From positions 7,399-71,398 of the IMG/VR virus record IMGVR_UViG_3300037264_007501: a stretch of DNA of 64,000 bases; one strand, written 5' to 3'. Shown one piece after another: positions 37,595 through 48,894 of this stretch. This DNA is from a virus. A model generated the notes under the pieces. The model searched no databases. It was given only the letters and a program-made list of their open reading frames with translations, and was not told the origin of the DNA. Every line of letters begins with the position of its first letter. Positions within the stretch are counted from its first letter, which is position 1. Both the position numbers and the translations under genes were made by a program.

Positions 37595-38017
37595 CTATTG
37601 GTTAAGTAGCTCCTCCAAGCGCTCGAGGGCGGCCGGCAAATCCCGGCTTCGTTTCAATATGTCCAGGGCCTGTTTCAACCCCTGGCGGTAGGTTGCTGTG
37701 TCGGCTGATTCATCTGGGTAGACGGCAAATGACCGGACTCGCACCTGGTCGTGACCGTCTACGTGGTCTTGGCGGAGGTACCCGTCCACTGTGTACCTCG
37801 CGCCTTGGCGCACACGCTGGACGGTGATGTCCGCGCTCTTTCCAAGACTCTCGACGCGGATCAAGTTCGACTTCAGCTGGGCTACCCCGCTTCTGTCGAT
37901 GAACCGCTCGCTGACTTGGATTGTGAATGTGGTGAACGGGGTTTTAGAGGCCAGCTTTGTCAGAATTGGCTGTGTCACTACCAGGCCAGAAAGCCATACC
38001 TTGTTGATATCGCCCAT
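37595..38017 (-). CDS. ssb: single-stranded DNA-binding protein-like
   Basis: INKVWLSGLVVTQP, FTIQVSERF, G..A......RQGARYTVDGYLRQD OB-fold pattern; no acidic DDIPF tail. Confidence 0.8.
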   Translation of the reverse strand: MGDINKVWLSGLVVTQPILTKLASKTPFTTFTIQVSERFIDRSGVAQLKSNLIRVESLGKSADITVQRVRQGARYTVDGYLRQDHVDGHDQVRVRSFAVYPDESADTATYRQGLKQALDILKRSRDLPAALERLEELLNQ

Positions 38018-38062
38018 GTGTGTTCTCCGTGTTGTCACGGTAACACAACGCAATGGAAACGA

Positions 38063-39079
38063 CTACTTGGATAGTTTCAGTGGGCCTTGTGCCAACGACT
38101 GCCGCTTCTGCTCGGCCAACCGGCTGAGCTGTCCGCTGCCAGAGAGCGTGCGGTAGAGTGCGTCCTCTTTTCCGAACTCGCAGTGGTGCGGGCATTCGGT
38201 AAAGCGACAAGACCTTGTACCGCAATTCGCCCGCTGATGTAGCGGCACGGATCCGTTCAAGCACCGCTCGCACATGTGCCGTGTGACCCCGTCGATATGC
38301 GCGAGATCCACGCACCACGAGCCCAGGCCGCAGTTGACACAGCTCTCTGGTGAGCGTGCTAGTCGCTTCACGTGCTCACCGCTGATTAGCATCCCTTCGT
38401 ACAGATAGGCGTAACCACTGCGTGAAGCCGCAAAGAAAATGTCGTGGTACTGGTACCTGAACACGCGCCCCGGCGGTCCTATGAACCACAGAAACGCTGC
38501 CCACGCTGACAGCTGGAAGTACGGCATTATCTTGCTAACTTCATCTCCACACTGCTTGATCAGCCACTCTCGATTGTCCGCGCTGATATCCTCGTAAAGT
38601 GGGTCATTACTGCAGTGGTCACCCCACAAGATCTCGTCTATAGCATCGCCTACCGAATACGGAAGCGCAGCCAGTCCGGGCTTGGCAATGCACTCGTTGA
38701 AGACTTCCACGTCGCCGCCTGGTACGAACGTGAAGCTCTCTAGCTGCTCTGGGTTAGCCTCGTGGATCTTCTCGTCCACCGTAACTTCGTAGGCGAAGTT
38801 GGCCCAGTCATCAGTTGCGTGCACGTCGCTGAGGCCACACAAATAGGCGTAGGGGTCCTCGAAGTCTAGGTAGTAGTGAGAGGCCCAGGCTCCGGTGCGA
38901 ATCACTTCTTCTGGCGGAACCGGTACGTTGAACCTGAGGTACTGCGATTCACAAAAAGCTATTAGGTCACACGGCAGATCTTCTCTCCCTTGCAGCCCAG
39001 TCAGTCCGTAGCCGTTGTTATGCACCCAATCGTAGAGCGACGTTTCTTTCTCCCATTGCTTCTCTCCGCCTATCCGCAT
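38063..39079 (-). CDS. hypothetical protein with C-terminal Zn-binding Cys clusters
   Basis: CVNCG, CERC, C...C...CPHH. Confidence 0.65.
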   Translation of the reverse strand: MRIGGEKQWEKETSLYDWVHNNGYGLTGLQGREDLPCDLIAFCESQYLRFNVPVPPEEVIRTGAWASHYYLDFEDPYAYLCGLSDVHATDDWANFAYEVTVDEKIHEANPEQLESFTFVPGGDVEVFNECIAKPGLAALPYSVGDAIDEILWGDHCSNDPLYEDISADNREWLIKQCGDEVSKIMPYFQLSAWAAFLWFIGPPGRVFRYQYHDIFFAASRSGYAYLYEGMLISGEHVKRLARSPESCVNCGLGSWCVDLAHIDGVTRHMCERCLNGSVPLHQRANCGTRSCRFTECPHHCEFGKEDALYRTLSGSGQLSRLAEQKRQSLAQGPLKLSK

Positions 39080-39279
39080 AAAACCCCCTCGTATCTACTG
39101 GCTTGAGTGTCTCCCCAGCCTTCAGTTGTCGTGTATTCCACAGCACCTTCCAGTGCGGCTGCAGCATGAACCTCGGCGTGACGGCTCCCTTCGAGAGCCA
39201 GATAACGAACTTCACTGGGTTGCGCCCGTACTGTACGAACTTGGTCCCGTTCTTGTAAGTCAGCATGTCCCATCCAGTC

Positions 39280-39696
39280 TTAAGCCAGCGAAAGCTGTAC
39301 AGGGCTCCCTCCGGAAACCTGCTTGACCGGAACCTTGGTATTAATCTTGCGATACCACGCCACATGTTCTTCTCCCTTCTCAGACCAGCAAAATAGCAAC
39401 GCTGCCCACGCCACCAGATGGATCTGGTCAGTGGTGACTGACTGGCGTAACTGCACCTTGAGGTGGTACTCAAGCGGTCCAATGATTTGGAATTTCTCTG
39501 GCTCCGTCAGCCCGGGGCGAGCGTATCTAGCCGCCGCCTCCGGAGCGCTGACGAAGTAGTTGTTCTCAATGGCGTAGTTTACGACGAAGTCACCGATGAC
39601 ATCGATGGTTTTGTCAGACGGGGCAGGCGCACGAAACCGCTTCAGTTGCTCGTCGATAAAGACGACCAGCTCTGGCGGAACAATCCATGGGTGCAT
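39280..39696 (-). CDS. hypothetical protein
   Basis: GGAGG RBS; ends PVQLSLA. Confidence 0.6.
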   Translation of the reverse strand: MHPWIVPPELVVFIDEQLKRFRAPAPSDKTIDVIGDFVVNYAIENNYFVSAPEAAARYARPGLTEPEKFQIIGPLEYHLKVQLRQSVTTDQIHLVAWAALLFCWSEKGEEHVAWYRKINTKVPVKQVSGGSPVQLSLA

Positions 39697-40349
39697 GTGT
39701 CCTCCGGGGCAACGCCCCGAAGGGCATTAGGCTAAGGTAAAAACTTTTACCTTAAGGTCTGGCATACCGTTGCCGTCGCAGCAGTCCTCGAACTCAATGT
39801 GAAACGTACGTTTCACTGCGACCAGGTACTCGTCGGTTTTCACCAGCAGCCGCCGGATCATCGCCGTGCCGTCAGAGACGTAGGCGTTGTCTGCAAAACC
39901 CTTATTCCCGATTCCGCGCGGACTGTGCAAAAGTCCTTGCACATCAACGGATTCGGCCCACCACAGTTCGCCCTCTGGTGCGGCCTTCGGAACCGAGTCC
40001 CTGACGGCGAGAGCAGGCTTCTCGTCCGGGGTGTACTCGATCGGGTTGCCCTTCATCTTTCCGCCAGTTACGCCTTTGATCTTCATAGTGCCTCCTTACG
40101 AACCCCATTGAGAGCCGCAGAGGTTCTCTCCAACGGTGTCTACTAGGTTGTGAATATCGGCCAGATGTTGTTCTTGCAAATCGCATAGTTGCGCGATTGC
40201 ATACGGCATTTTACGTTCAGACCCGTCTTTTTCAGCTCCGCCGCCAGTCACTTTTACAGACAGCTTATGTAGCTTTGCTTCGAGTAACACCAAGCTGATC
40301 AGGTTGTTCTCTAGCTTCCCTATGATGCCAGGGTCTTTCGCTTCTTCGT

Positions 40350-40811
40350 TCATGTGTTCTCCTTTGCAATGACGTTGGTGCCGTCAGAGAGATACTCTCC
40401 GTCGGGCATGTTCTTGAGCATGTCCGCGGCCGAGGTTACCTTGGCGCGCTTGCGGCTGTGCTCCGTGCGCAGCATTTGATCCTGCTCTGTTTTCTCCAGG
40501 TGCTCCCGATAGGCGGGCGTGTACTGATTCTCAATCTTGCCCGTTTTCATGTAGTGGAGCTTGGTCTTGGATATGTAGCTGATGCTGCCATCTCTCCCTC
40601 TGATGGCCATGCCTTTGCGGCCATTCTGGTCGAACTCAACCTGAGTCGTCTGCCTCAGTTCAACAGGGACGAAGCCCATGTACTGAGCTTCGCCCCCGCA
40701 TTGGGGACAGGCGGTAGTCGGCGGCATCTCGCCGGCTGGGCCGCCCACCATGAACTCGTGCTCTGCGCACTTGTAAAGGTAGTCGTACTGGATATCGTTT
40801 AGCCAGCTCAT
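40350..40811 (-). CDS. FmdB-like zinc-ribbon protein
   Basis: YLYKCAEHEF...CPQCGGEA. Confidence 0.55.
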   Translation of the reverse strand: MSWLNDIQYDYLYKCAEHEFMVGGPAGEMPPTTACPQCGGEAQYMGFVPVELRQTTQVEFDQNGRKGMAIRGRDGSISYISKTKLHYMKTGKIENQYTPAYREHLEKTEQDQMLRTEHSRKRAKVTSAADMLKNMPDGEYLSDGTNVIAKENT

Positions 40812-42052
40812 GATTTGTACCCGGCGAACCTGGTTTCTGTCTTCCTGGGGAACAGGTTCGCAAGCTCTTTCACCAGGGCCTCGTTCTCTGTCAGCCAGAT
40901 CGTTTTGGAAGCAGTCTGGTTGAAGCTCATGAAGCTCTTTGGGTCAACACCATGCTTTTCAAAGATAGCGTACGTGTCTTCCCGTAGTCTCGTGTTGACC
41001 TTGTCCCAGTTGATCCCGTCCGAAGCCCGATACTCATAGATTTTGCCTGGTATGGCAACTCTGCCCTCGCCCTCTTTGACGAACTCGCGGAGCTCGTCCT
41101 TGGCCACGCTGACTGCCTCCTCGAGCACGTTCAATACTCCAGCTATCTTCACGGCTTTGTTCTGGTCGCCGAGGATTCGAAAGGACTGGGCTGGCGACAC
41201 ACGGGCCGCCCCAGTATCGTCGATTTGGACGTACTCCCGCATAGTGGGGCATTCCAGGATGAACGCGCAGTACTGGCAGTTATTGTGCGGGGTAGGCGAC
41301 CACTCGGCGCGGTTCTCGATGATGGAGGCGCGGGTCAGAAATCCCTCCTCTATTTTGTTGAGGTCCTGCTGAGTCCAAACGTATGGGTCGGAGTACTTGC
41401 CATACCTGGCAAAGTGCAACACCGTGTGAATCTCATTCAGGAACGGATATATGCGGCTGATGACCCAGGCGTAGAAGCCCATCTGGAAGGTGTCAGCCTC
41501 CTCAACATTTGGCTGCGTCTTATGATCGTAAACAATAGCGGTCGTTGTATCATCCGAGATAACAAGGATATCCGCTCTGCCTCTGGCCCAGGCATCTGGA
41601 TCGTTGTAGTCGCACTCTTCAAAGAGAATCCTTTCAATGGGCTGGCCTGGGAACACCTTATCGTCTAGGTAGGTAGCGATCTTATCGCCCACCATCTTCG
41701 GCTTAATGGCAAGCCTCAGCTCGATGCCGGCGTCCTCTGTGAGCACGCTGGGAGGGCGTTGCACATAGAGTTTGACCATGTCAGTGATAGAGTCGACTTC
41801 CTGGTAAGCGGTGGGGTGGTTGTTGACGGCCTCTACTACCCAGGCCCGGACTTCATCGGCGTTGAAGACGCAGTTGCCGGTAACCAGACGCTTGGTAACC
41901 TTCTCAAGGACTTCGTGGATGGCGGATCCGCGGGCGGCGGGGAGGCTTTCAATCTCCTGACGCTTCTCGATGTACCGCTTATTGAAGGCAAAGCCACATA
42001 CACCCGTGTCTAGACGGGATGGGCTGTATGGCCCGTACTTGAACTTCATCAT
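40808..42052 (-). CDS. PD-(D/E)xK exonuclease (RecB/Cas4-like)
   Basis: YSPSRL...C, RGSAIHEVLE, RGRADIL, YDHKT, QMGFYA, C-terminal CQYC....C. Confidence 0.85.
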   Translation of the reverse strand: MMKFKYGPYSPSRLDTGVCGFAFNKRYIEKRQEIESLPAARGSAIHEVLEKVTKRLVTGNCVFNADEVRAWVVEAVNNHPTAYQEVDSITDMVKLYVQRPPSVLTEDAGIELRLAIKPKMVGDKIATYLDDKVFPGQPIERILFEECDYNDPDAWARGRADILVISDDTTTAIVYDHKTQPNVEEADTFQMGFYAWVISRIYPFLNEIHTVLHFARYGKYSDPYVWTQQDLNKIEEGFLTRASIIENRAEWSPTPHNNCQYCAFILECPTMREYVQIDDTGAARVSPAQSFRILGDQNKAVKIAGVLNVLEEAVSVAKDELREFVKEGEGRVAIPGKIYEYRASDGINWDKVNTRLREDTYAIFEKHGVDPKSFMSFNQTASKTIWLTENEALVKELANLFPRKTETRFAGYKS

Positions 42053-43044
42053 TGTGTGTTCTCCGTTAACTGTAGTCGGTCTTCGAAGGCCGTATAGATT
42101 CAATCTCTCCAGACTTCAAAGTGCTTATACCCTTTTTGCGCGGGCTCTTCATCACCAGTATTTCTGTGTTCTCCTCGAGTAAGTCGTGCAAGTGCTCATC
42201 CGGCACCCACAAAGTTTCGCTGTCGCTCTCCCCAATAACGGCCAGGCCTTTGAACTCTTGCGTGACCGCGTCGAACATAGACGCGATGTGTTCCGCACTC
42301 TTTCTGTAGATACGGTCTATGTTGACTTTGCCGGCCACGCCAGAGGTTCGGATGAACCCGTTGCGGCAGTAGATATAGACGATATCGTTGACCAACTGCT
42401 CTACGTCGGCCGTCCCTTCAAGGAGCTTCAGGATTTCCGGGTGGAGCTTGATCTGCACCACTCGATTGTACCATGTGGGCAATGGACACAGCTTGCCCGG
42501 CGGCGCCTTGCAGTGCAGGAGCGGGTGGCGGCGCCAGGTGCCTCTCCGCGGCCGCCTGCAATTCCTTCAGCAGCTGCTGGTAATCGTTAGAGACTTGGTC
42601 CAGCCGCATACCAACCACCGTAGCCGCCTCGTAGTGCTGGCTGGCGATGAGATCGTTCATGCTCGCGAGCAGAATGGTCACCTTCTCGTAAGAGTCGCGC
42701 AAGACTTCCACTACTTCTGGGTCAACGTGCTTGTAGAGTTCACTCTTCTTCATCGTCTGTCTCCTCATCATTCAAAAGGATCTCTTCTTTGTCGTCATCT
42801 TCTGGCTTGACCACCGGCGTGGTCGGAGTCGTCGCGGCCTCTTTCTCAGGTTCTTCCATCATCACATTCTAGCTCCTTTCCCAGCTCTTGTAACACTTCG
42901 GCGATGACTTGCTTGCGCTGAACTCCGAAGGCCATGTCTATCCTCCCAGATACTCCTTCCGGAATGCAGAGGTTCAGGGCGACCTGCTTAAGGAACGCCT
43001 TAGCGGCCGCCCTGACCTCTTTTATTCTGGCCTCGCGAAACTCC

Positions 43045-44100
43045 TCAGAGTCGCTTTGGCATGATGACATGGAGATAGCCTCCGTCAGTTATGGCTACGG
43101 GATTGGTCGGCTGCCTGACCTCCAGGGTGACGGTCTCAGCGTCCATTTTGCTGGTCGCCTGGCGGACATAGTCCACGTTCATGCCCACGGCAACGTCAGG
43201 ACCCTGGTACATGCACTCCAGAGCGCACTCAGCCGACCCGGTCTCGTTGGATTGCGCCACCAGCTTCAGGCTACCCTGAGAGAACTGAAAGCTCACAGTG
43301 AACTGGTTGTCCGTAACCAGGTTGACCAGGCTCATGGCCTGCCTGAGGTCTGCGAGACGCACTACAGCCTTTGTGTGGGCTCCGGAGGGGATTACCCTAC
43401 GGTAGTCAGGGAAGGTCCCCTCAAGCCCACGGAGCGTCCCGTAGCACCCGTCCTGATGGAAGTGAACCTCGGTGCTGCCGAAGGACACGTTCACAGACTC
43501 GCCAGGGAACACCTTCGACAACTTGGCCAGTGCCTCAGCAGGTAAAATTGTGCTCTTGGGCAACTCGTAAGCATGTGGGTACACGGCCATGCGGTGACCG
43601 TCGATGGCGACTACGCAGCCGGCCGTCAGGTATACCCCCCGTAGAAGCGGCCTATCGTCGGACTTGGCCGCGGCAAAAACCACCTTGTCGATGGTCTTGA
43701 ATAGCCCCTCCATGGGAGAGTAGCTGAGCCTGTCGTACTCAGGCACGACCGGAAACATGTCGGCCTCGAGCGCGTTCAGATGCGCCGCTGACCTGCCAGC
43801 CGTAATCCGCACCCTCCCCTCTCCGGAGAAGTCCACGGTGACTTTCCCAGGCGGCATCTGACCGACGATGTCGGCCATGGCCTTGCCAGCAACGCATACG
43901 GCCCCCCCGGTTCTTACCCTAGCTACAGAAGAGGACCTAAGGGTCAACGTCTGCGGATCGCAGGCGGTCAGTGCTATGCTGCCATTCATGGCTTCCAGTT
44001 TGATGGTGCTACACACCGGTAGCCCGGTTACTCCGCCGACAGCCGGCAGCACTTTTCTGATGAGTTTATTGAACTCTGGTTGTTCGATATCGAATTTCAT
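43045..44100 (-). CDS. dnaN: DNA polymerase III beta sliding clamp-like
   Basis: FPVVP, FAAAKSDDRPLLRGVY, VAIDGHRMA, LEGTFPDYRRVIP, GMNVDY, VIMPKRL; 351 aa. Confidence 0.93.
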   Translation of the reverse strand: MKFDIEQPEFNKLIRKVLPAVGGVTGLPVCSTIKLEAMNGSIALTACDPQTLTLRSSSVARVRTGGAVCVAGKAMADIVGQMPPGKVTVDFSGEGRVRITAGRSAAHLNALEADMFPVVPEYDRLSYSPMEGLFKTIDKVVFAAAKSDDRPLLRGVYLTAGCVVAIDGHRMAVYPHAYELPKSTILPAEALAKLSKVFPGESVNVSFGSTEVHFHQDGCYGTLRGLEGTFPDYRRVIPSGAHTKAVVRLADLRQAMSLVNLVTDNQFTVSFQFSQGSLKLVAQSNETGSAECALECMYQGPDVAVGMNVDYVRQATSKMDAETVTLEVRQPTNPVAITDGGYLHVIMPKRL

Positions 44101-44421
44101 TGTGTCTTCCTTACTAAAAAAGAGCCCCTCGTGGAGCTCTCTAGCCGTTAGGCTATTTCTTTGTCGTCGTAGGCGCGGCCACTGGCTCTGCCTTAGAGAA
44201 CAATTTGGTCCAAGCAAGCTTGACCCCCTCAATGAGGAGGTTGCCAACGATAGCTCCGGCCGCAGCATACCCAACAGCCTCGAGGCTGGCCGATACCGAT
44301 GACGGACGGTTCATAGGGAGCACTTTAGCTACTTTCAACGGTTCCATTGTATATACATCCTACTTGCATAGTTTGATAGAGACTGCCTGGCAAGCAGCAG
44401 GCTTTCTCTTGCCGCAAAATA

Positions 44422-44453
44422 AAGGGACCCCGGGTTGCAACCCGGGGTCCCTT
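44422..44453 (-). terminator. perfect 32-bp palindrome, probable terminator
   Basis: AAGGGACCCCGGGTTG|CAACCCGGGGTCCCTT with a T-rich tail on the minus strand. Confidence 0.6.
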
Positions 44454-44456
44454 ATG

Positions 44457-44930
44457 TCAGACATGTCTTACGGCTTGCTCAACGTTTTCAAAGGGTCTTA
44501 AGAATTCCGTCAGGCCTCTTGCTTTGCCAACGCAAAGAGCCTGTCCGACGGCAGGATAGTGGTCAGCAGCTGCCTTTACGTTATCCACAAAAATGTCACA
44601 AGCCATGTCAAAGTGTGGCGTATCGCGCAATTGCAACAACAGGGTTATTTGGTTCCCGATGTCGTTGATCTGCTTTTCTTTCTCCAGGCTGACTTTTACC
44701 TTGCAGAGACTTGCCTCCAGGTCGTCATACCTTCGATGGAACTCTTCTCTATCGACGGGGCTAACGGACAGCTCAAAAGCTGACTTCTCTTCTTCGTGCA
44801 GCTTCTCAGCGTCCGGTGCTTCATCTTTCTTTGCTGGCCTCCTATCTTCTCCTAATAAATACACGGCAGCTCCAATTAACCCCAATAGTGCTGCCGCGAT
44901 TCCACCGCCTACCCAGCAGTTGCGATTCAT
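44457..44930 (-). CDS. membrane-anchored hypothetical protein
   Basis: N-terminal TM segment (VGGGIAAALLGLIGAAVYLL). Confidence 0.6.
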   Translation of the reverse strand: MNRNCWVGGGIAAALLGLIGAAVYLLGEDRRPAKKDEAPDAEKLHEEEKSAFELSVSPVDREEFHRRYDDLEASLCKVKVSLEKEKQINDIGNQITLLLQLRDTPHFDMACDIFVDNVKAAADHYPAVGQALCVGKARGLTEFLRPFENVEQAVRHV

Positions 44931-45342
44931 CTCCCCTAGTCTCCCCTACTCAATGATGTGATAACGAAATGACTCCGTGTCACTTCAAGACTCTTATACC
45001 AAGATTTACCTGGTGGTTAGGCGGGATTCGATGCCACTATTGTACAGCTCCGCAGCGTGCGGGCCAGTGCATAGCACTCCGGTAATGGCACCGGATACGT
45101 TTCGGCAGGTGTGTACGGCGGCCTTCTTCATGTCAATCACGCGGTCGCGGATATCGTCGAGGCTAGCTACCTGTACGACCTTCGGGGAGTAGAAGATCCA
45201 GAATATGCAGGTGCTCATGGATGATTCGTAGCTTCGCTTGTGCCTTTCCTCATATTGCTTCTCTACCGACGATACGGCATCCTCCAACGACGGATATCCA
45301 CACAGTACACCATCTTTGTCAGAGCCCAGATACAGCCGCCCC

Positions 45343-45693
45343 TCAGAGCGGTACATCATCAACGTTATCTTTTCCATAGAGCCTCCTGTACTCCACCGGT
45401 ATCCTTTCTATTCGAGCAATCTCGACAGCGGCACGCATGCCGGCTGAGACGCCACGGTCTTGGTATACGACCACGGCCTCAGCAGCCGGTATCCACGTAT
45501 GCCCAGCCTGCATGCCTAATTGGCGGTGCTCTGGCACGTCGTCATGTAGGATACCTGGCTGCGTGAACAGAAGGTGACTGACTATGGGCGCGTCTCCGCG
45601 GGACAAGCAATCCAAGATGCACGCTTTCGCGTACTCAATGTTACCCTCCACATCGCCGGCAAACGGGCTTTCTAGCACGACTCTTCTCACCAC
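45343..45693 (-). CDS. nucleoside 2-deoxyribosyltransferase-like (DUF4406/DUF7768-type) protein
   Basis: VVLESPFAGDVEGNIEYA, PIVSHLLFTQ, D.GVSAGM..VEIA. Confidence 0.65.
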   Translation of the reverse strand: MVRRVVLESPFAGDVEGNIEYAKACILDCLSRGDAPIVSHLLFTQPGILHDDVPEHRQLGMQAGHTWIPAAEAVVVYQDRGVSAGMRAAVEIARIERIPVEYRRLYGKDNVDDVPL

Positions 45694-45850
45694 CCCCTCC
45701 TTTTGGCTTGCTTGTCGCCGGTCAAGTCGTCTTCGATCTTGGTCAGCCAGTCCGTCTGCTTCTTGGTAAGCTCAGCCACCGGCTTATCCTTCACCGAGTG
45801 CCAGAAGCCTGCCACACCGACCCAGTACTCAGACGAAGCAGCGCGCTCGT

Positions 45851-47494
45851 CTATTTCGCTGTCATCGAACTGATAAACGTCTCCGGCTGTTCGATTGTTT
45901 TCCATCCATCCTCCGCTGTGCGTAGAGCTGCCTTGAAGTCCACGGGAAGGCTCTTCTCCACTTGTTTTTTGAATATCTCGAATTGGCTGTCCAGCATGAA
46001 GTTCTCGCACCAGTCCTCGGTACCGCGCATGCCGCGGCCCTTGGATTGGACCAACGTCTTCAAGGTTTGGTACGAGTACCAGCCCCAGTCTTCGTTGGCT
46101 TTGGCCTTGACCAGCCTGTCTCCAAGGCTCGGGTAAGGGACCTTGCACATGATCTGAAAGCGCACGCGGGATCCCTTGCCATCGACTCCTTCCGTCAGAG
46201 ACGGGGAGAAGATGACAGAGGGCTCGTCGCTTTCAAACAGCTCGTTTACGGTCTCCTCTCGCTCAGATGGTATGGGGAACTTGCACCGCGGATTACCGGC
46301 GAAGTGGCGTTCCAAGTAGTCCTGGATGCCTTCGTACTTGTGCGTGTGCACGATGCCCTTGAGCCCTGGGCGCGAGTTGATGATAGCCTCCACAGTGCGT
46401 GCGATCTCTGGCTGGCTCGCAGTCATCGTCTTGTAGCTCATGTTGCCGACGCTCATCACGTAGAGAGGGGACCTCTCCGGCGGGAACGGGGACGGCCGCA
46501 CGATCTTGTAGGCTTCGCTCTTGTCGATACCAAGCTCACCGGCGTACCTGGCAAAGTCGACGATGGTCGCCGACTGCAGGATGAATTGGCGGGCCTGGTT
46601 CTTGAAGAGCATGTTTTGAGCAAAGTACCCGGTGTCAATCGGCCTGGCCGTGAGAATATCTCGCCCACGGAACTCGTGCTCCACTATCCATCTGACGTTC
46701 TCAACCAGCGACTTCTGAAACCACCGAATACGACCTGCAATATCCTCGAGCTTCCCCTTTTCCTTTGAAGAGAACGCGTAGTCCTCTTCAACCTGCTCCA
46801 GCACGAGCTCTACTTCTTCCAGAAGCTCAGAGAGGTAATCCGAGAACGGGTCCAGCTCAACCAGCTCACTGCGTGTACTACCAGTACACAGCTCTCGCGG
46901 CACCCTGATTGCCAGCTTCAGATCCCCCAGCTTTTTGTCGTCGATTACCAGCGACGTGAGCTTCAGGATCTCGCCAGGCAGGTTGTGTGCTTCGTCGAGC
47001 ACGGCCAGTTCTCGCTGCTCCCACAGCATCGCGTTTCTACAGGCTAGGGCGTAGTAGGTGTTGTTGGTAAGGGCGATCTTTGCCGCAATGGCATTGTCCC
47101 GCTCACGCTTGTAGGTGCAGAAGTCGCCGTCTTCTTTTCCATGCGACTTGAAGTACGGGCACTTGTTATCGCCGCCCTCGCCGCAGTTGTCGTACCTGTC
47201 GCTCCTGCACTCGTAATGGGTCTTGCCCTTAATGAAGTGGAAGTCGGGCTCGTTACCGAAGTCGTCGAGGTACTGCTTGATGAGCACGTTCTGTGAGGTG
47301 GTGATGAACGCCTTCTCCGGGCATGTCTTAGCCAGCGCCATAGCAATATCGGACTTGCCCAGCCCAGTGGGGAGCTCTGCAATGATGAACTTGGTGCCAG
47401 CCTCTAGTTGTTTGGCCGTTGCTTCAAGAGCGGTTTCTTGGCCTGGGCGGAAGGTTGGATATCTGAAGTTACTCTTCCAAGCTGTGTAATCCAC
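45851..47494 (-). CDS. DinG/XPD-family SF2 helicase with putative Fe-S cluster
   Basis: FRPGQ Q-motif, PTGLGKS, four Cys after KGK, DEAH, SAT, EGVD, KVPYP, QSKGRGMR. Confidence 0.9.
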   Translation of the reverse strand: MDYTAWKSNFRYPTFRPGQETALEATAKQLEAGTKFIIAELPTGLGKSDIAMALAKTCPEKAFITTSQNVLIKQYLDDFGNEPDFHFIKGKTHYECRSDRYDNCGEGGDNKCPYFKSHGKEDGDFCTYKRERDNAIAAKIALTNNTYYALACRNAMLWEQRELAVLDEAHNLPGEILKLTSLVIDDKKLGDLKLAIRVPRELCTGSTRSELVELDPFSDYLSELLEEVELVLEQVEEDYAFSSKEKGKLEDIAGRIRWFQKSLVENVRWIVEHEFRGRDILTARPIDTGYFAQNMLFKNQARQFILQSATIVDFARYAGELGIDKSEAYKIVRPSPFPPERSPLYVMSVGNMSYKTMTASQPEIARTVEAIINSRPGLKGIVHTHKYEGIQDYLERHFAGNPRCKFPIPSEREETVNELFESDEPSVIFSPSLTEGVDGKGSRVRFQIMCKVPYPSLGDRLVKAKANEDWGWYSYQTLKTLVQSKGRGMRGTEDWCENFMLDSQFEIFKKQVEKSLPVDFKAALRTAEDGWKTIEQPETFISSMTAK

Positions 47495-48894
47495 TGGCTA
47501 CTCCTTTTTGCCCTCTTTCATCGCATCACCGAGTGTGCTGAATGCCGGGGGCGGCTTACGATATACAATGAAATCTACTGCCTGTATCTCCATTGCTTTG
47601 ATTTGTTGGTGAAGGCCGTACTTCCACCCGAACGTGGCCCTGCAGCCGGTGGCCTGCATCCACTTGTCGAACCTGTCATTGAAGTCAGAGACGATGGCTG
47701 CGAGCTCTATAGATACCTTCTCCTTGTCAATCAAAGGACACCTCCGTCAGATTGATGACGACGTCCTTGAGTCCAAGGACTCTGACCTGACCTTTCATTT
47801 CATCTGGTGACTTAAGCACCACCAAGAACATTGGATCCTCTTCAACCTGACCGAAGGTGAAATCAAGGATGGTGGCCTTATGGCTGGTCCCTTCCTTGAT
47901 GGTCACCGTCGCCGGTATCGGACCTTTAACTAGCATCTTTTACTCCTAGGTAAGCCCTGGCCTCTTTGGCCTCGCGGGCAATGATATTGAAAGCGGTGAT
48001 GTGCTTGTGGCACGAGAGATCGGGCCGTGGGTCTGCTGCCTCAATGATGATGAGGTGGCGGTCCAGCTTGGGCGCCCACGTAGCACACTGAGCTTGTATA
48101 TCGTGGTTGATCTCATCGGTCACGTCTTCCGCGGACGGCCCCTCGGGGTAACGTGGGTCCGAGTATACGGTGACTTTGATTGGGCACTTCACAGCGTTGC
48201 CTTCATGACTTTTCTCAAGCCCCTGCACCCACATCGCGGGCACTCTTTCTCACCAAGTGTGAGTCCTTTGAGTATGACCATCCGGCCTTGCCAATCGCAG
48301 TTGTTGCAGTAGGCAGTTACTTCGTATGTGTCATCTACGATCACTTACGGCTTCATCGACCTTCTCCTTCATGTATGTCAGCCCCATCGGGGTGTAATAG
48401 ACGCAGGCGCGAGCGCCAGTGCGTTTGCCAGTCACTGTGTTGTCGACTGGGATTACTTTCACTGTTACCAGGCGCATGGCCTCGAGCTCGTCCAACGTGG
48501 ACCTACGGACCCCGCTGGCCAAAAGCTCGTCACGAAGCGTGGGGATCTGCCTCCGGGTCATTTTGATGGCCCTGACCCAGTCGCCCAGGTACACCATGGC
48601 CTTGTGATGCAGTTCAGTGAAGTTCTCCGGGATGGTCAGAGTTACCTCTGGCAACGGCAGCATCTCTTCCACACCGTCGTGGTGGCAAACTGGGGACTCT
48701 CCATCGACGGTAAACTTCGTGTAGAACCGTGGCAGCGAGTCAGTTTCCATCGCACTCCTCCGGTGTCTTGATTGGCACCTCGGGCACCGGCAGCTTTGCC
48801 TCCAGGTACTTGATGTAGTCAACAAGCACCCGCATCCGACATTCCAAGATATCTTTGTCCACATCCTGCTGCAGCCATAAGTCGACATCTGGTC

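Noticed and set aside
40808-42052. Cas4-like nuclease as evidence of CRISPR-Cas
   Set aside because: No array or other cas genes; such nucleases are common phage recombination exonucleases
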